Origin: Escherichia coli
GTDB lineage: Bacteria; Pseudomonadota; Gammaproteobacteria; Enterobacterales; Enterobacteriaceae
Assembly (NCBI RefSeq): GCF_046105845.1
Contig: NZ_CP151004.1
Reading direction: 5' to 3' (one strand)
DNA: 64,000 nucleotides
The position numbers and the translations under genes were made by a program. The notes beneath the pieces were generated by a model, which saw only the letters and a program-made list of their open reading frames with translations, searched no databases and was not told the DNA's origin. Shown one piece after another: positions 19,997 through 32,435 of this stretch (position 1 is the stretch's first letter; the number at the start of each line of letters is the position of its first letter).

Positions 19997-21085
19997 TTAC
20001 ACCATCGGCACTAATGAAAGCGCGTTATCGGCAGACAGGGTAGGGTTGTTTAAGCTGCCGCTGGCGCGTGAAATTGCCGCGCAGGCCATCGCAAAACGGG
20101 CGCTGTCACGGAAATTGTTTCCCTCCAGAAAGCTATATACCAGGCCCGCCATAAAACCATCGTCAGCACCAAAACTGTCTACTGTCGTATGCGCTGGCGC
20201 TGTCAGCAAAAATTGCTCTCCATTCTTTTCGCTGCAATAAACTGACTCATCGGGCAAATAAACAAACAGTTGCTGAACGCCTTGCTGATGCAACGCATTC
20301 ACTGCGGCATTACGGTCAGCATCGCTGGTGATCGCCTGTCCCCATAAAATTTCCAGCTCCGGTAAAGTGGGTTTCAGGGTGTGAATATGCGCCAGCCAGT
20401 GTTTGATTTTGCCCGCTTTGAATTCTGAAACGGTATCGACAAACACCGGGATTTCATCAGCGAGGGTAAAGACCCACTCCAGCGCCTCGGCTGTCAGGTT
20501 GCAATCAGCAAGTACCACGCCCGCATGACGAAGTAAATCGCGCGACCCGTTCAGTAGTTGCGGTGTCAACTGATCCAGCAGATGGGTATCGTTAATCGCC
20601 AGCACGGTTTGATCATCTCGATTGGCAATTGCCAGATACGTCGATGTGCTTTGACCATGTAAACGAACGCAGCCGGAGACATTCACGCCGGCGCGGCGCG
20701 TTTCTTCCAGGAGCATTTCGCCATAAAAGTCATCGCCAATCACTGAAAGCAAATGGACGTCGCGGCCTAACAGCGCCAGATTGTGGGCGATATTGCGTCC
20801 CACGCCGCCCGCCGAGCAATGAATTGTACCGGGATGAGAAGCCGCTTGTGGGTAACGGATATCCGCCATCCCGCGAATATCCATATTGATTGTCCCAACC
20901 ACTACGCAGTATTCCTGCTCGGTGAGAATGTAACCTTTGCCTTTAATCCGGCCTTTGCGCATTAAATCCATAATATGCGCAGCAACGCGCGAACGGCTGA
21001 TTTGCAGCATATCCGCAATTTCGTTCTGCTGAATCAGCGGGTTACGCCGTAAAATTGCAAGGATCTCCTTCTCCCGGTTGTTCAT
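19997..21085 (-). CDS. yeiI: HTH-fused PfkB-family sugar/nucleoside kinase
   Basis: 362-aa ORF. N-terminal ~55-aa winged-HTH-like segment (…QNEIADMLQISRSRVAAHIMDLMRKGRI…) followed by a PfkB kinase domain (…GGVGRNIAHNLALLG…). Confidence 0.88.
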   Translation of the reverse strand: MNNREKEILAILRRNPLIQQNEIADMLQISRSRVAAHIMDLMRKGRIKGKGYILTEQEYCVVVGTINMDIRGMADIRYPQAASHPGTIHCSAGGVGRNIAHNLALLGRDVHLLSVIGDDFYGEMLLEETRRAGVNVSGCVRLHGQSTSTYLAIANRDDQTVLAINDTHLLDQLTPQLLNGSRDLLRHAGVVLADCNLTAEALEWVFTLADEIPVFVDTVSEFKAGKIKHWLAHIHTLKPTLPELEILWGQAITSDADRNAAVNALHQQGVQQLFVYLPDESVYCSEKNGEQFLLTAPAHTTVDSFGADDGFMAGLVYSFLEGNNFRDSARFAMACAAISRASGSLNNPTLSADNALSLVPMV

Positions 21086-21087
21086 CT

Positions 21088-21945
21088 TCAGGCTACCGCT
21101 TTTTCAGTTTGTTGCGCTTTCAGCCAGGCGATCTCTTCTGCCCAGATATCCGGGTTGATGGTTTCAAGGATCAGCGGAATGCCGTCGAAACGGTCGTCCT
21201 GCATGATCCAGCGGAACGCATCATGACCGATATTGCCTTCACCGAGGCTATGATGGCGGTCAACGCGGCTGCCAAAGGTGCTTTTCGCATCGTTAAGGTG
21301 CATCCCGCGCAGATACTTAAAGCCAACAATACGGGCAAAATCCGCGAACGTTTTCTCGCATTCGGCAGAAGTACGCAAATCATACCCGGCAGCGAAAGCA
21401 TGGCAGGTATCAATGCAGACGCCGACGCGGGATTTATCTTCCACGCCGTCGATAATCGCCGCGAGATGTTCGAATTTAAACCCTAAGTTACTGCCCTGAC
21501 CGGCGGTGTTTTCAATCACCGCTGTCACACCATGAGTTTTATCCAGCGCAATGTTGATGGATTCGGCAATACGCGCAAGGCAATCCTCTTCTGAAATTTG
21601 CATCAGATGGCTGCCAGGGTGGAAGTTGAGCAAAGAAAGCCCCAGCTGTTCGCAACGCTGCATTTCATCTATAAACGCATCGCGCGATTTTTCCAGAGCT
21701 TCAGCGACCGGATGTCCGAGGTTAATCAGATAACTGTCGTGGGGAAGAATTTGCGCCGATGTGTAGTGATATTTTTCACAGGCGGCTTTGAATTCATCGA
21801 TGGTTTGCGTCGTGAGCGGTGCGGCACGCCACTGACGTTGGTTTTTGGTGAACAAGGCAAACGCGGTTGCGTCGATTTCGGCGGCGCGAATTGCGGCATT
21901 TGCCAGACCGCCAGCAGCACTAACGTGCGCTCCAATGTATTTCAT
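21088..21945 (-). CDS. nfo: Endonuclease IV (AP endonuclease)
   Basis: 285-aa ORF of the xylose-isomerase-like TIM-barrel AP endonuclease family 2 (…HLNDAK…). Confidence 0.93.
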   Translation of the reverse strand: MKYIGAHVSAAGGLANAAIRAAEIDATAFALFTKNQRQWRAAPLTTQTIDEFKAACEKYHYTSAQILPHDSYLINLGHPVAEALEKSRDAFIDEMQRCEQLGLSLLNFHPGSHLMQISEEDCLARIAESINIALDKTHGVTAVIENTAGQGSNLGFKFEHLAAIIDGVEDKSRVGVCIDTCHAFAAGYDLRTSAECEKTFADFARIVGFKYLRGMHLNDAKSTFGSRVDRHHSLGEGNIGHDAFRWIMQDDRFDGIPLILETINPDIWAEEIAWLKAQQTEKAVA

Positions 21946-22018
21946 GCGAGGACTCCTGTTAAACCCGCTGGAGGAAAACGGTAATGATAGCGGGTTAACA
22001 GGAGCAAGATGTAGTGGT

Positions 22019-23068
22019 TTATGCGATGACGCTTTGAATCACATAGTTAATCGCACCACCACCAACAATCAGCCAGGCAAACAGTACCAGTGCCATCAGC
22101 AGAGGTTTCGCCCCGGCTTTTTTCAGCGCGCTTACGTGAGTGGTCAGACCCAGCGCCGCCATCGCCATTGCCAGCAGGAAGGTATCCAGCGTTACCAGCA
22201 TGTTCACCACGCTCTGCGGTAACAGGTGGAACGAGTTAAAGATGGCAACTACGATGAACAAGATGGCAAACCACGGAATAGTGATTTTGCTTTTCTCGCC
22301 GCTGTTCGCCCCAGACAGCTGTTTAACACGCGCCGCCAGCAGGATGAGGAACGGAGCCAGCATCATCACGCGCAGCATTTTGGAAATAACTGCTGCGTTT
22401 TCTGCATCCGGGCTGATGGCATGACCTGCCGCCACCACCTGCGCCACTTCGTGCACAGTAGAACCAATGTAGATACCGAAAGTTTCCGGACTAAACCATT
22501 GAGACATCAGCGGATATATCGCCGGGTAGAGGAAAATCGCGACGGTCCCGAAGATAACAACGGTTGCAACAGCCACGGTTACTTTACTGGCTTCCGCTTT
22601 CACTACCGGCTCAGTCGCCAGTACCGCGGCAGCACCACAGATACTGCTACCGGCACCGATCAACCAGCTGGTGTGCTTATCCAGACCAAACACTTTCTGC
22701 CCCAAGAAGCAAGCCAGCAGGAAGGTACTGGACAGCGTCAGCACGTCAATGATGATCCCACTGATACCGACATCGGCAATTTGCGAGAACGTCAGACGGA
22801 AGCCATAAAGAATGATACCCAGACGTAATAAATATTGCTTGGCAAACAGCACACCACCGTCACAGCTTTTCCAGATGTGCGGATAGATGGTGTTGCCTAA
22901 AACCATCCCCAACAAGATTGCGAGGGTGAGGGCACTAAACCCGGCACCCGCAACCGCGGGAATGGAACCACCCCACAGGGCGACCCCGGTGATAACTGCA
23001 CTCAGGGCTAACCCCGGAATAAAATGCCACAGTGTACGATGTTGTTTCTGTAAGGTGATATTCGTCAT
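22019..23068 (-). CDS. yeiH: UPF0324-family inner membrane protein
   Basis: 349-aa polytopic membrane ORF, divergent from the LysR-type gene yeiE. Confidence 0.88.
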   Translation of the reverse strand: MTNITLQKQHRTLWHFIPGLALSAVITGVALWGGSIPAVAGAGFSALTLAILLGMVLGNTIYPHIWKSCDGGVLFAKQYLLRLGIILYGFRLTFSQIADVGISGIIIDVLTLSSTFLLACFLGQKVFGLDKHTSWLIGAGSSICGAAAVLATEPVVKAEASKVTVAVATVVIFGTVAIFLYPAIYPLMSQWFSPETFGIYIGSTVHEVAQVVAAGHAISPDAENAAVISKMLRVMMLAPFLILLAARVKQLSGANSGEKSKITIPWFAILFIVVAIFNSFHLLPQSVVNMLVTLDTFLLAMAMAALGLTTHVSALKKAGAKPLLMALVLFAWLIVGGGAINYVIQSVIA

Positions 23069-23166
23069 AACCCTCTCCTTTAACCGGGCATAAGGTTACG
23101 ACTAACTGGTTTAAAAATAAAATTGATTATATATTTATAATTAATCTTTATAAGTGGTAAGCGACT

Positions 23167-24048
23167 ATGCACATCACCCTCCGGCAGTTGGAAGTTTTTG
23201 CAGAAGTATTGAAAAGTGGATCAACCACCCAGGCGTCGGTGATGCTGGCGTTGTCGCAATCAGCAGTGAGCGCAGCCTTGACCGACCTGGAAGGGCAGCT
23301 TGGCGTTCAACTGTTTGATCGCGTGGGGAAAAGACTGGTTGTTAATGAACACGGGCGGCTGCTCTATCCGCGTGCGTTGGCACTGCTTGAACAGGCGGTT
23401 GAAATCGAACAACTGTTTCGCGAAGACAACGGCGCGATTCGTATCTATGCCAGTAGTACCATCGGTAACTACATTCTGCCTGCAGTTATCGCCCGTTATC
23501 GCCATGATTATCCGCAGTTGCCGATTGAACTTAGCGTTGGGAACAGTCAGGACGTGATGCAAGCGGTGCTGGATTTCCGCGTTGATATTGGCTTTATTGA
23601 AGGACCGTGCCACAGCACCGAAATCATTTCTGAACCGTGGCTGGAAGACGAGCTGGTGGTTTTCGCCGCGCCGACTTCGCCATTGGCTCGTGGTCCGGTC
23701 ACCTTAGAACAGCTGGCCGCTGCGCCGTGGATCCTGCGTGAACGCGGCTCCGGCACGCGGGAGATTGTCGATTATCTGTTGCTGTCACATTTACCGAAGT
23801 TTGAGATGGCGATGGAATTAGGTAACTCCGAGGCAATCAAACATGCGGTGCGTCATGGGTTGGGAATTAGTTGCCTGTCGCGACGGGTGATTGAAGATCA
23901 ATTGCAGGCAGGCACATTAAGTGAAGTTGCGGTCCCTCTGCCGCGCCTGATGCGTACGTTGTGGCGTATACATCATCGGCAAAAACACCTTTCCAACGCG
24001 CTACGGCGCTTTCTGGACTATTGCGATCCCGCGAATGTGCCGCGTTAA
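23167..24048 (+). CDS. yeiE: LysR-type transcriptional regulator
   Basis: 293-aa ORF with N-terminal HTH (…[20 protein letters not shown]…) and an LTTR substrate-binding domain. Confidence 0.9.
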
Positions 24049-24252
24049 GTTGCTGTACAAGAACATGCTGGTGCTGTGTCGATTTCGTGACGCAGCGCCC
24101 TCAGCATGCATTCGCCAGAAAAGAGATTGGCTGCTTTACTTATAATCCCAGGGCGATCATGAAGGTGTCTTATAACCGTGTATTTCTGCCGGAAGGATTG
24201 CCAATCGTCTGCTACAATCGCGCCTCATTTTTTAGATGGATAGCATTTTTGT

Positions 24253-25722
24253 ATGGTTTCCGAAACTAAAACCACAGAAGCGCCGGGCTTACGCCGTGAA
24301 TTAAAGGCGCGTCACCTGACGATGATTGCCATTGGCGGTTCCATCGGTACAGGTCTTTTTGTTGCCTCTGGCGCAACGATTTCTCAGGCAGGTCCGGGCG
24401 GGGCATTGCTCTCGTATATGTTGATTGGCCTGATGGTTTACTTCCTGATGACCAGTCTCGGTGAACTGGCTGCATATATGCCGGTTTCCGGTTCGTTTGC
24501 CACTTATGGTCAGAACTATGTTGAAGAAGGCTTTGGCTTCGCGCTGGGCTGGAACTACTGGTACAACTGGGCGGTGACTATCGCCGTTGACCTGGTTGCA
24601 GCTCAGCTGGTCATGAGCTGGTGGTTCCCGGATACACCGGGCTGGATCTGGAGTGCGCTGTTCCTCGGCGTTATCTTCCTGCTGAACTACATCTCAGTTC
24701 GCGGCTTTGGTGAAGCGGAATACTGGTTCTCACTGATCAAAGTCACGACAGTTATTGTCTTTATCATCGTTGGCGTGCTGATGATTATCGGTATCTTCAA
24801 AGGCGCGCAGCCTGCGGGCTGGAGCAACTGGACAATCGGCGAAGCGCCGTTTGCTGGTGGTTTTGCGGCGATGATCGGCGTAGCTATGATTGTCGGCTTC
24901 TCTTTCCAGGGAACCGAGCTGATCGGTATTGCTGCAGGCGAGTCCGAAGATCCGGCGAAAAACATTCCACGCGCGGTACGTCAGGTGTTCTGGCGAATCC
25001 TGTTGTTCTATGTGTTCGCGATCCTGATTATCAGCCTGATTATTCCGTACACCGATCCGAGCCTGCTGCGTAACGATGTTAAAGACATCAGCGTCAGTCC
25101 GTTCACCCTGGTGTTCCAGCACGCGGGTCTGCTCTCTGCGGCGGCGGTGATGAACGCAGTTATTCTGACGGCGGTGCTGTCAGCGGGTAACTCCGGTATG
25201 TATGCGTCTACTCGTATGCTGTACACCCTGGCGTGTGACGGTAAAGCGCCGCGCATTTTCGCTAAACTGTCGCGTGGTGGCGTGCCGCGTAATGCGCTGT
25301 ATGCGACGACGGTGATTGCCGGTCTGTGCTTCCTGACCTCCATGTTTGGCAACCAGACGGTATACCTGTGGCTGCTGAACACCTCCGGGATGACCGGTTT
25401 TATCGCCTGGCTGGGGATTGCCATTAGCCACTATCGCTTCCGTCGCGGTTACGTATTGCAGGGACACGACATTAACGATCTGCCGTACCGTTCAGGTTTC
25501 TTCCCATTGGGGCCGATCTTCGCATTCATTCTGTGTCTGATTATCACTTTGGGCCAGAACTACGAAGCGTTCCTGAAAGATACCATTGACTGGGGCGGCG
25601 TAGCGGCAACGTATATTGGTATCCCGCTGTTCCTGATTATTTGGTTCGGCTACAAGCTGATTAAAGGAACACACTTCGTACGTTACAGCGAAATGAAGTT
25701 CCCGCAGAACGATAAGAAATAA
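24253..25722 (+). CDS. lysP: Lysine-specific permease (APC family)
   Basis: 489-aa 12-TM amino-acid permease followed by an intrinsic terminator. Confidence 0.93.
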   Translation: MVSETKTTEAPGLRRELKARHLTMIAIGGSIGTGLFVASGATISQAGPGGALLSYMLIGLMVYFLMTSLGELAAYMPVSGSFATYGQNYVEEGFGFALGWNYWYNWAVTIAVDLVAAQLVMSWWFPDTPGWIWSALFLGVIFLLNYISVRGFGEAEYWFSLIKVTTVIVFIIVGVLMIIGIFKGAQPAGWSNWTIGEAPFAGGFAAMIGVAMIVGFSFQGTELIGIAAGESEDPAKNIPRAVRQVFWRILLFYVFAILIISLIIPYTDPSLLRNDVKDISVSPFTLVFQHAGLLSAAAVMNAVILTAVLSAGNSGMYASTRMLYTLACDGKAPRIFAKLSRGGVPRNALYATTVIAGLCFLTSMFGNQTVYLWLLNTSGMTGFIAWLGIAISHYRFRRGYVLQGHDINDLPYRSGFFPLGPIFAFILCLIITLGQNYEAFLKDTIDWGGVAATYIGIPLFLIIWFGYKLIKGTHFVRYSEMKFPQNDKK

Positions 25723-25741
25723 GTTTCCTCCCTTCCTTGCT

Positions 25742-25769
25742 AAGCCCTCTCAACCGAGAGGGCTTTTTC
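25742..25769 (+). terminator. Intrinsic terminator downstream of lysP
   Basis: aagccctctc-aacc-gagagggctt followed by ttttt, 20 nt after the lysP stop. Confidence 0.8.
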
Positions 25770-25820
25770 AATTCCATTTCCCTGACAAATCATGCGGATA
25801 TAAAATTTAACATTTGGATT

Positions 25821-25845
25821 GATAATTGTTATCGTTTGCATTATC
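25821..25845. promoter_or_regulatory. Fur box(es) in the cirA promoter
   Basis: gataattgttatcgtttgcattatc, overlapping matches to the Fur consensus GATAATGATAATCATTATC, ~170-190 bp upstream of the cirA ATG. Confidence 0.7.
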
Positions 25846-26014
25846 GTTACGCCGCAATCAAAAAAGGCTGACAAATCAGAGGCTCTTCCGGCTTTCTGGG
25901 ATGATCACCTGCATACAAATAAGTCCACCGCGATGCTGCCGTACGCAAGGGGACATGAAGAAGATGTGAGCGATAACCCATTTTATTTTCGTAGTTACCT
26001 CATGGAGATATGGA

Positions 26015-28006
26015 ATGTTTAGGTTGAACCCTTTCGTACGGGTCGGGCTGTGTTTGTCCGCTATTTCTTGTGCATGGCCTGTGTTAGCGGTCGATGATGA
26101 TGGCGAAACGATGGTTGTCACTGCATCTTCCGTTGAACAAAACCTTAAAGATGCACCTGCCAGTATCAGCGTCATTACCCAGGAAGACCTGCAGCGAAAA
26201 CCGGTACAGAATCTGAAGGATGTCCTCAAAGAAGTGCCTGGCGTACAACTGACGAACGAAGGGGATAACCGTAAGGGCGTTAGTATTCGTGGTCTGGACA
26301 GCAGCTACACCCTGATTCTCGTCGACGGTAAACGCGTTAACTCCCGCAATGCCGTCTTCCGCCACAATGATTTCGATCTGAACTGGATCCCGGTCGATTC
26401 CATCGAACGTATTGAAGTGGTCCGTGGCCCGATGTCGTCGCTGTACGGTTCCGATGCGCTCGGCGGTGTAGTGAATATCATCACCAAAAAAATCGGTCAG
26501 AAATGGTCGGGTACCGTTACCGTCGATACCACCATTCAGGAACATCGCGATCGCGGTGATACCTATAACGGTCAGTTCTTTACCAGCGGACCATTAATTG
26601 ATGGTGTGCTGGGAATGAAAGCTTACGGCAGCCTGGCAAAACGTGAAAAGGATGACCCGCAAAACTCAACGACCACCGATACCGGAGAAACGCCGCGTAT
26701 TGAAGGATTCTCCAGCCGCGACGGCAATGTGGAATTTGCCTGGACACCGAATCAAAATCACGATTTTACTGCCGGATACGGTTTCGACCGTCAGGATCGT
26801 GATTCCGACTCGCTGGACAAAAACCGCCTGGAACGCCAGAACTACTCCGTCAGCCATAATGGGCGTTGGGATTACGGCACCAGCGAACTGAAATACTACG
26901 GTGAGAAAGTCGAGAACAAAAACCCTGGCAACAGCAGCCCGATAACTTCCGAAAGCAATACGGTCGACGGCAAATACACGTTGCCGCTGACGGCGATTAA
27001 TCAGTTTCTCACGGTTGGCGGTGAATGGCGTCACGACAAACTTAGCGATGCGGTGAACCTGACCGGGGGAACCAGCTCCAAAACGTCTGCCAGCCAGTAC
27101 GCGCTGTTTGTGGAAGATGAATGGCGGATCTTCGAGCCGCTGGCGCTGACGACCGGCGTGCGTATGGACGATCACGAAACCTACGGTGAACACTGGAGTC
27201 CGCGTGCCTACCTGGTTTATAACGCCACCGACACCGTAACGGTGAAAGGGGGCTGGGCGACGGCATTTAAAGCACCTTCTCTGTTGCAACTTAGCCCTGA
27301 CTGGACGAGCAATTCCTGCCGTGGCGCATGTAAGATTGTGGGTAGCCCGGATCTGAAACCAGAAACGAGCGAAAGTTGGGAACTGGGGCTTTACTACATG
27401 GGCGAAGAAGGCTGGCTGGAAGGGGTTGAATCCAGCGTGACCGTTTTCCGTAACGATGTGAAAGATCGTATCAGCATCAGCCGTACGTCTGACGTCAACG
27501 CTGCACCAGGCTACCAAAACTTTGTCGGTTTTGAGACGGGCGCTAACGGACGGCGCATACCGGTATTTAGCTACTACAACGTTAACAAAGCTCGTATTCA
27601 GGGCGTGGAAACCGAACTGAAAATTCCGTTCAACGATGAATGGAAACTGTCGATCAACTACACCTATAACGATGGTCGTGATGTCAGCAACGGCGAAAAC
27701 AAACCTTTATCCGATCTGCCGTTCCATACTGCTAACGGTACGCTGGACTGGAAACCGCTGGCGCTGGAAGACTGGTCATTCTATGTTTCTGGTCACTATA
27801 CCGGGCAGAAACGCGCCGACAGCGCGACGGCTAAAACACCGGGCGGTTATACCATCTGGAATACCGGTGCGGCCTGGCAGGTGACTAAAGACGTCAAACT
27901 GCGCGCAGGCGTGCTGAACCTTGGCGACAAGGATCTCAGTCGTGACGACTACAGCTATAACGAAGACGGACGTCGTTACTTTATGGCAGTGGATTATCGC
28001 TTCTGA
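26015..28006 (+). CDS. cirA: TonB-dependent catecholate siderophore / colicin I receptor
   Basis: 663-aa ORF with a signal peptide, TonB box (…ETMVVTA…), plug and barrel, and C-terminal aromatic residue (…AVDYRF). A Fur box lies upstream. Confidence 0.93.
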
Positions 28007-28037
28007 TGAGAAGATGCCCGGCGAACCGGGCGGACTT

Positions 28038-28907
<870 letters not shown>

Positions 28908-29131
28908 TCATCATACCGTTTATTCAATGTGCTGTGAGTAACTTTCACTTCCGTATTTGCATAACGATGTTTTAACATCTGCTGATGAAAGGCAGCGGCA
29001 ATTACAATAATTATCGCTGTGAATACTGGATTATGTGCGCCGCCTCACGCACAATAATCAGGCTGTAAATCAGCTTAATAACTTTGCCCCCACGCAGGGC
29101 GGAGGCGTCACACCTGCAGGAGAAATCATAA

Positions 29132-29800
29132 ATGCCATCACTCAGTAAAGAAGCGGCCCTGGTTCATGAAGCGTTAGTTGCGCGAGGACTGGAAACACCG
29201 CTGCGCCCGCCCGTGCATGAAATGGATAACGAAACGCGCAAAAGCCTTATTGCTGGTCATATGACCGAAATCATGCAGCTGCTGAATCTCGACCTGGCTG
29301 ATGACAGTTTGATGGAAACGCCGCATCGCATCGCTAAAATGTATGTCGATGAAATTTTCTCCGGTCTGGATTACGCCAATTTCCCGAAAATCACCCTCAT
29401 TGAAAACAAAATGAAGGTCGATGAAATGGTCACCGTGCGCGATATCACCCTGACCAGCACCTGTGAACACCATTTTGTTACCATCGATGGCAAAGCGACG
29501 GTGGCTTATATCCCGAAAGATTCGGTGATCGGTCTGTCAAAAATTAACCGTATTGTGCAGTTCTTTGCCCAGCGTCCGCAGGTGCAGGAACGTCTGACCC
29601 AGCAAATTCTCATTGCGCTACAAACGCTGCTGGGCACCAATAACGTGGCTGTCTCTATCGACGCGGTGCATTACTGCGTGAAAGCGCGTGGCATCCGCGA
29701 CGCAACCAGTGCCACAACAACGACCTCTCTTGGTGGATTGTTCAAATCCAGTCAGAATACGCGCCACGAATTTCTGCGCGCTGTGCGTCATCACAACTGA
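29132..29800 (+). CDS. folE: GTP cyclohydrolase I
   Basis: 222-aa ORF with conserved FolE core (…TSTCEHHFV…). Confidence 0.93.
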
Positions 29801-29816
29801 TTAAAAGGCAGGAACC

Positions 29817-30974
29817 ATGGAGCGCAACGTCACGCTCGATTTTGTTCGCGGCGTCGCCATTCTGGGGATCCTGCTATTAAACATCAGCGCCTTTGGGCTA
29901 CCAAAGGCGGCTTATCTCAATCCCGCCTGGTACGGCGCTATTACGCCGCAGGATGCATGGACCTGGGCATTTCTCGATCTCATCGGCCAGGTGAAATTCC
30001 TCACGCTTTTTGCGCTGCTGTTTGGTGCTGGCCTGCAAATGTTGCTGCCCCGTGGCAGACGCTGGATCCAGTCGCGGTTAACGCTGTTAGTCTTGCTGGG
30101 CTTTATTCACGGTTTATTGTTCTGGGACGGCGATATTCTGCTGGCTTACGGGCTGGTGGGCTTAATCTGCTGGCGGCTGGTGCGCGATGCGCCATCGGTA
30201 AAAAGCCTGTTTAATACAGGCGTCATGCTTTATCTGGTGGGGCTTGGCGTTTTGCTGTTATTGGGGCTGATTTCCGACAGCCAGACCAGCCGCGCCTGGA
30301 CGCCGGATGCATCGGCTATTTTGTATGAAAAATACTGGAAGCTTCACGGCGGCGTTGAAGCGATCAATAATCGTGCCGATGGTGTTGGGAACAGTTTACT
30401 GGCACTGGGCGCACAGTATGGCTGGCAACTGGCAGGGATGATGCTCATTGGTGCGGCGCTGATGCGCAGCGGCTGGCTGAAAGGGCAGTTCAGCTTACGT
30501 CACTATCGTCGTACTGGTTTTGTGCTGGTGGCGATTGGGGTGACCATTAACCTTCCTGCCATCGCCCTGCAATGGCAGCTGGACTGGGCGTATCGCTGGT
30601 GTGCCTTCTTACTTCAGATGCCGCGGGAACTGAGTGCGCCGTTTCAGGCGATTGGCTATGCGTCGCTGTTTTATGGCTTCTGGCCGCAATTAAGCCGCTT
30701 TAAGCTGGTGCTGGCAATCGCCTGCGTCGGACGGATGGCGCTGACCAACTATCTATTGCAAACGCTGATTTGTACCACGCTTTTTTATCACCTCGGTTTG
30801 TTTATGCATTTTGACCGCCTGGAGCTGCTGGCGTTTGTTATTCCGGTATGGCTGGCGAATATCCTCTTCTCTGTTATCTGGCTGCGTTACTTCCGCCAGG
30901 GGCCGGTGGAATGGCTCTGGCGTCAGTTAACTTTGCGTGCTGCCGGACCGGCAATATCTAAAACATCAAGATAA
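29817..30974 (+). CDS. yeiB: DUF418-family inner membrane protein
   Basis: 385-aa polytopic membrane ORF immediately downstream of folE. Confidence 0.85.
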   Translation: MERNVTLDFVRGVAILGILLLNISAFGLPKAAYLNPAWYGAITPQDAWTWAFLDLIGQVKFLTLFALLFGAGLQMLLPRGRRWIQSRLTLLVLLGFIHGLLFWDGDILLAYGLVGLICWRLVRDAPSVKSLFNTGVMLYLVGLGVLLLLGLISDSQTSRAWTPDASAILYEKYWKLHGGVEAINNRADGVGNSLLALGAQYGWQLAGMMLIGAALMRSGWLKGQFSLRHYRRTGFVLVAIGVTINLPAIALQWQLDWAYRWCAFLLQMPRELSAPFQAIGYASLFYGFWPQLSRFKLVLAIACVGRMALTNYLLQTLICTTLFYHLGLFMHFDRLELLAFVIPVWLANILFSVIWLRYFRQGPVEWLWRQLTLRAAGPAISKTSR

Positions 30975-31004
30975 CGATCTGGATCACATTCGTTAACAAA
31001 ACGG

Positions 31005-31020
31005 CTGTAACCGTTTCCAT
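31005..31020. promoter_or_regulatory. Gal-type operator-like site in the galS promoter
   Basis: ctgtaaccgtttccat, resembling the GalR/GalS operator consensus (GTGTAAnCGnTTnCAC). Confidence 0.45.
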
Positions 31021-31024
31021 TGCT

Positions 31025-31040
31025 GTGACTCGATTCACGA
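31025..31040. promoter_or_regulatory. CRP-like site in the galS promoter
   Basis: TGTGActcgatTCACG, matching TGTGA-N6-TCACA at 9/10 core positions. Confidence 0.5.
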
Positions 31041-31115
31041 AGTCCTGTATTCAGTGCTGACAAAATAGCCGCCAGCAAGCAGTCATTTACTGCAATCTCA
31101 TAACAGGTAGTGAAT

Positions 31116-32156
31116 ATGATCACCATTCGTGATGTAGCGCGTCAGGCTGGCGTCTCTGTGGCAACGGTTTCCCGAGTGCTCAATAACAGCACGCTGGTCA
31201 GTGCCGACACGCGTGAAGCAGTAATGAAAGCCGTGAGTGAGCTGGATTATCGGCCAAACGCCAATGCCCAGGCGCTGGCAACTCAGGTTAGCGATACCAT
31301 TGGCGTGGTGGTGATGGACGTTTCTGATGCGTTTTTCGGCGCGCTGGTAAAAGCGGTGGATCTGGTCGCCCAGCAGCATCAGAAATACGTGCTAATCGGC
31401 AATAGCTATCATGAAGCGGAAAAAGAGCGTCACGCCATTGAGGTGTTAATTCGCCAGCGTTGTAATGCATTGATTGTTCACTCAAAAGCATTGAGTGACG
31501 ATGAACTGGCACAATTTATGGATAACATTCCCGGTATGGTGTTAATCAACCGCGTTGTGCCGGGGTACGCCCATCGTTGCGTTTGCCTGGATAATCTCAG
31601 CGGTGCCCGAATGGCGACGCGCATGTTGCTGAATAACGGTCATCAACGTATTGGTTATCTTTCTTCCAGTCACGGCATTGAAGATGACGCCATGCGTAAA
31701 GCAGGCTGGATGAGTGCGTTGAAAGAGCAGGATATTATTCCGCCGGAAAGCTGGATTGGCACTGGCACGCCGGACATGCCGGGTGGTGAGGCGGCGATGG
31801 TTGAACTGCTGGGGCGCAATCTACAACTTACCGCTGTATTTGCTTATAACGACAATATGGCCGCTGGCGCACTGACAGCATTAAAAGATAATGGCATTGC
31901 GATTCCGTTACATCTCTCCATCATCGGTTTCGATGATATTCCCATCGCCCGTTACACCGACCCGCAATTAACGACCGTGCGTTATCCCATTGCTTCAATG
32001 GCTAAATTAGCCACCGAACTGGCCTTGCAGGGGGCAGCAGGCAATATTGATCCGCGTGCCAGCCACTGTTTTATGCCGACGTTAGTGCGTCGTCATTCTG
32101 TCGCAACGCGCCAGAATGCGGCGGCGATCACTAACTCAACAAATCTGGCGATGTAA
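31116..32156 (+). CDS. galS: LacI/GalR-family repressor (mgl/gal isorepressor)
   Basis: 346 aa from ATG 31116 (track ORF starts at GTG 31110). N-terminal [26 protein letters not shown]. Confidence 0.92.
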   Translation: MITIRDVARQAGVSVATVSRVLNNSTLVSADTREAVMKAVSELDYRPNANAQALATQVSDTIGVVVMDVSDAFFGALVKAVDLVAQQHQKYVLIGNSYHEAEKERHAIEVLIRQRCNALIVHSKALSDDELAQFMDNIPGMVLINRVVPGYAHRCVCLDNLSGARMATRMLLNNGHQRIGYLSSSHGIEDDAMRKAGWMSALKEQDIIPPESWIGTGTPDMPGGEAAMVELLGRNLQLTAVFAYNDNMAAGALTALKDNGIAIPLHLSIIGFDDIPIARYTDPQLTTVRYPIASMAKLATELALQGAAGNIDPRASHCFMPTLVRRHSVATRQNAAAITNSTNLAM

Positions 32157-32167
32157 CCGCTTTCAAT
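32152..32167. promoter_or_regulatory. Gal-type operator-like site upstream of mglB (overlaps the galS stop)
   Basis: tgtaaccgctttcaat, resembling the GalR/GalS operator consensus. Confidence 0.45.
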
Positions 32168-32168
32168 C

Positions 32169-32184
32169 TGTGAGTGATTTCACA
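32169..32184. promoter_or_regulatory. CRP binding site, mgl promoter
   Basis: TGTGAgtgattTCACA, a perfect match to both CRP half-sites with 6-bp spacer. Confidence 0.75.
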
Positions 32185-32435
32185 GTATCTTAACAATGTG
32201 ATAGCTATGATTGCACCGTTTTAACGTTGTAACCCGTATGTAACAGTGAATAATCACTTTCACCGAGGTAATAGCGTCATAACAACAATTAAAGCCGTTT
32301 TCTGGAGCGTTACCGGGCATGGAAGAACGAATTTTAAAAAGTGAGCTTCGGCGTTCAGTAACACTTCATTAACTCTACTGCCCCGCCGAGCATTTATCTC
32401 AAGCACTACCCTGCATAAGAAAAACCGGAGATACC

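Noticed and set aside
22226-22828. 200-aa forward ORF inside yeiH
   Set aside because: Antisense to a polytopic membrane protein gene; Arg/His-rich low-complexity product.
26666-27517. 283-aa reverse-strand ORF inside cirA
   Set aside because: Fully antisense to the well-supported TonB-dependent receptor gene; Arg/Ala/Gly-rich composition typical of spurious antisense frames.
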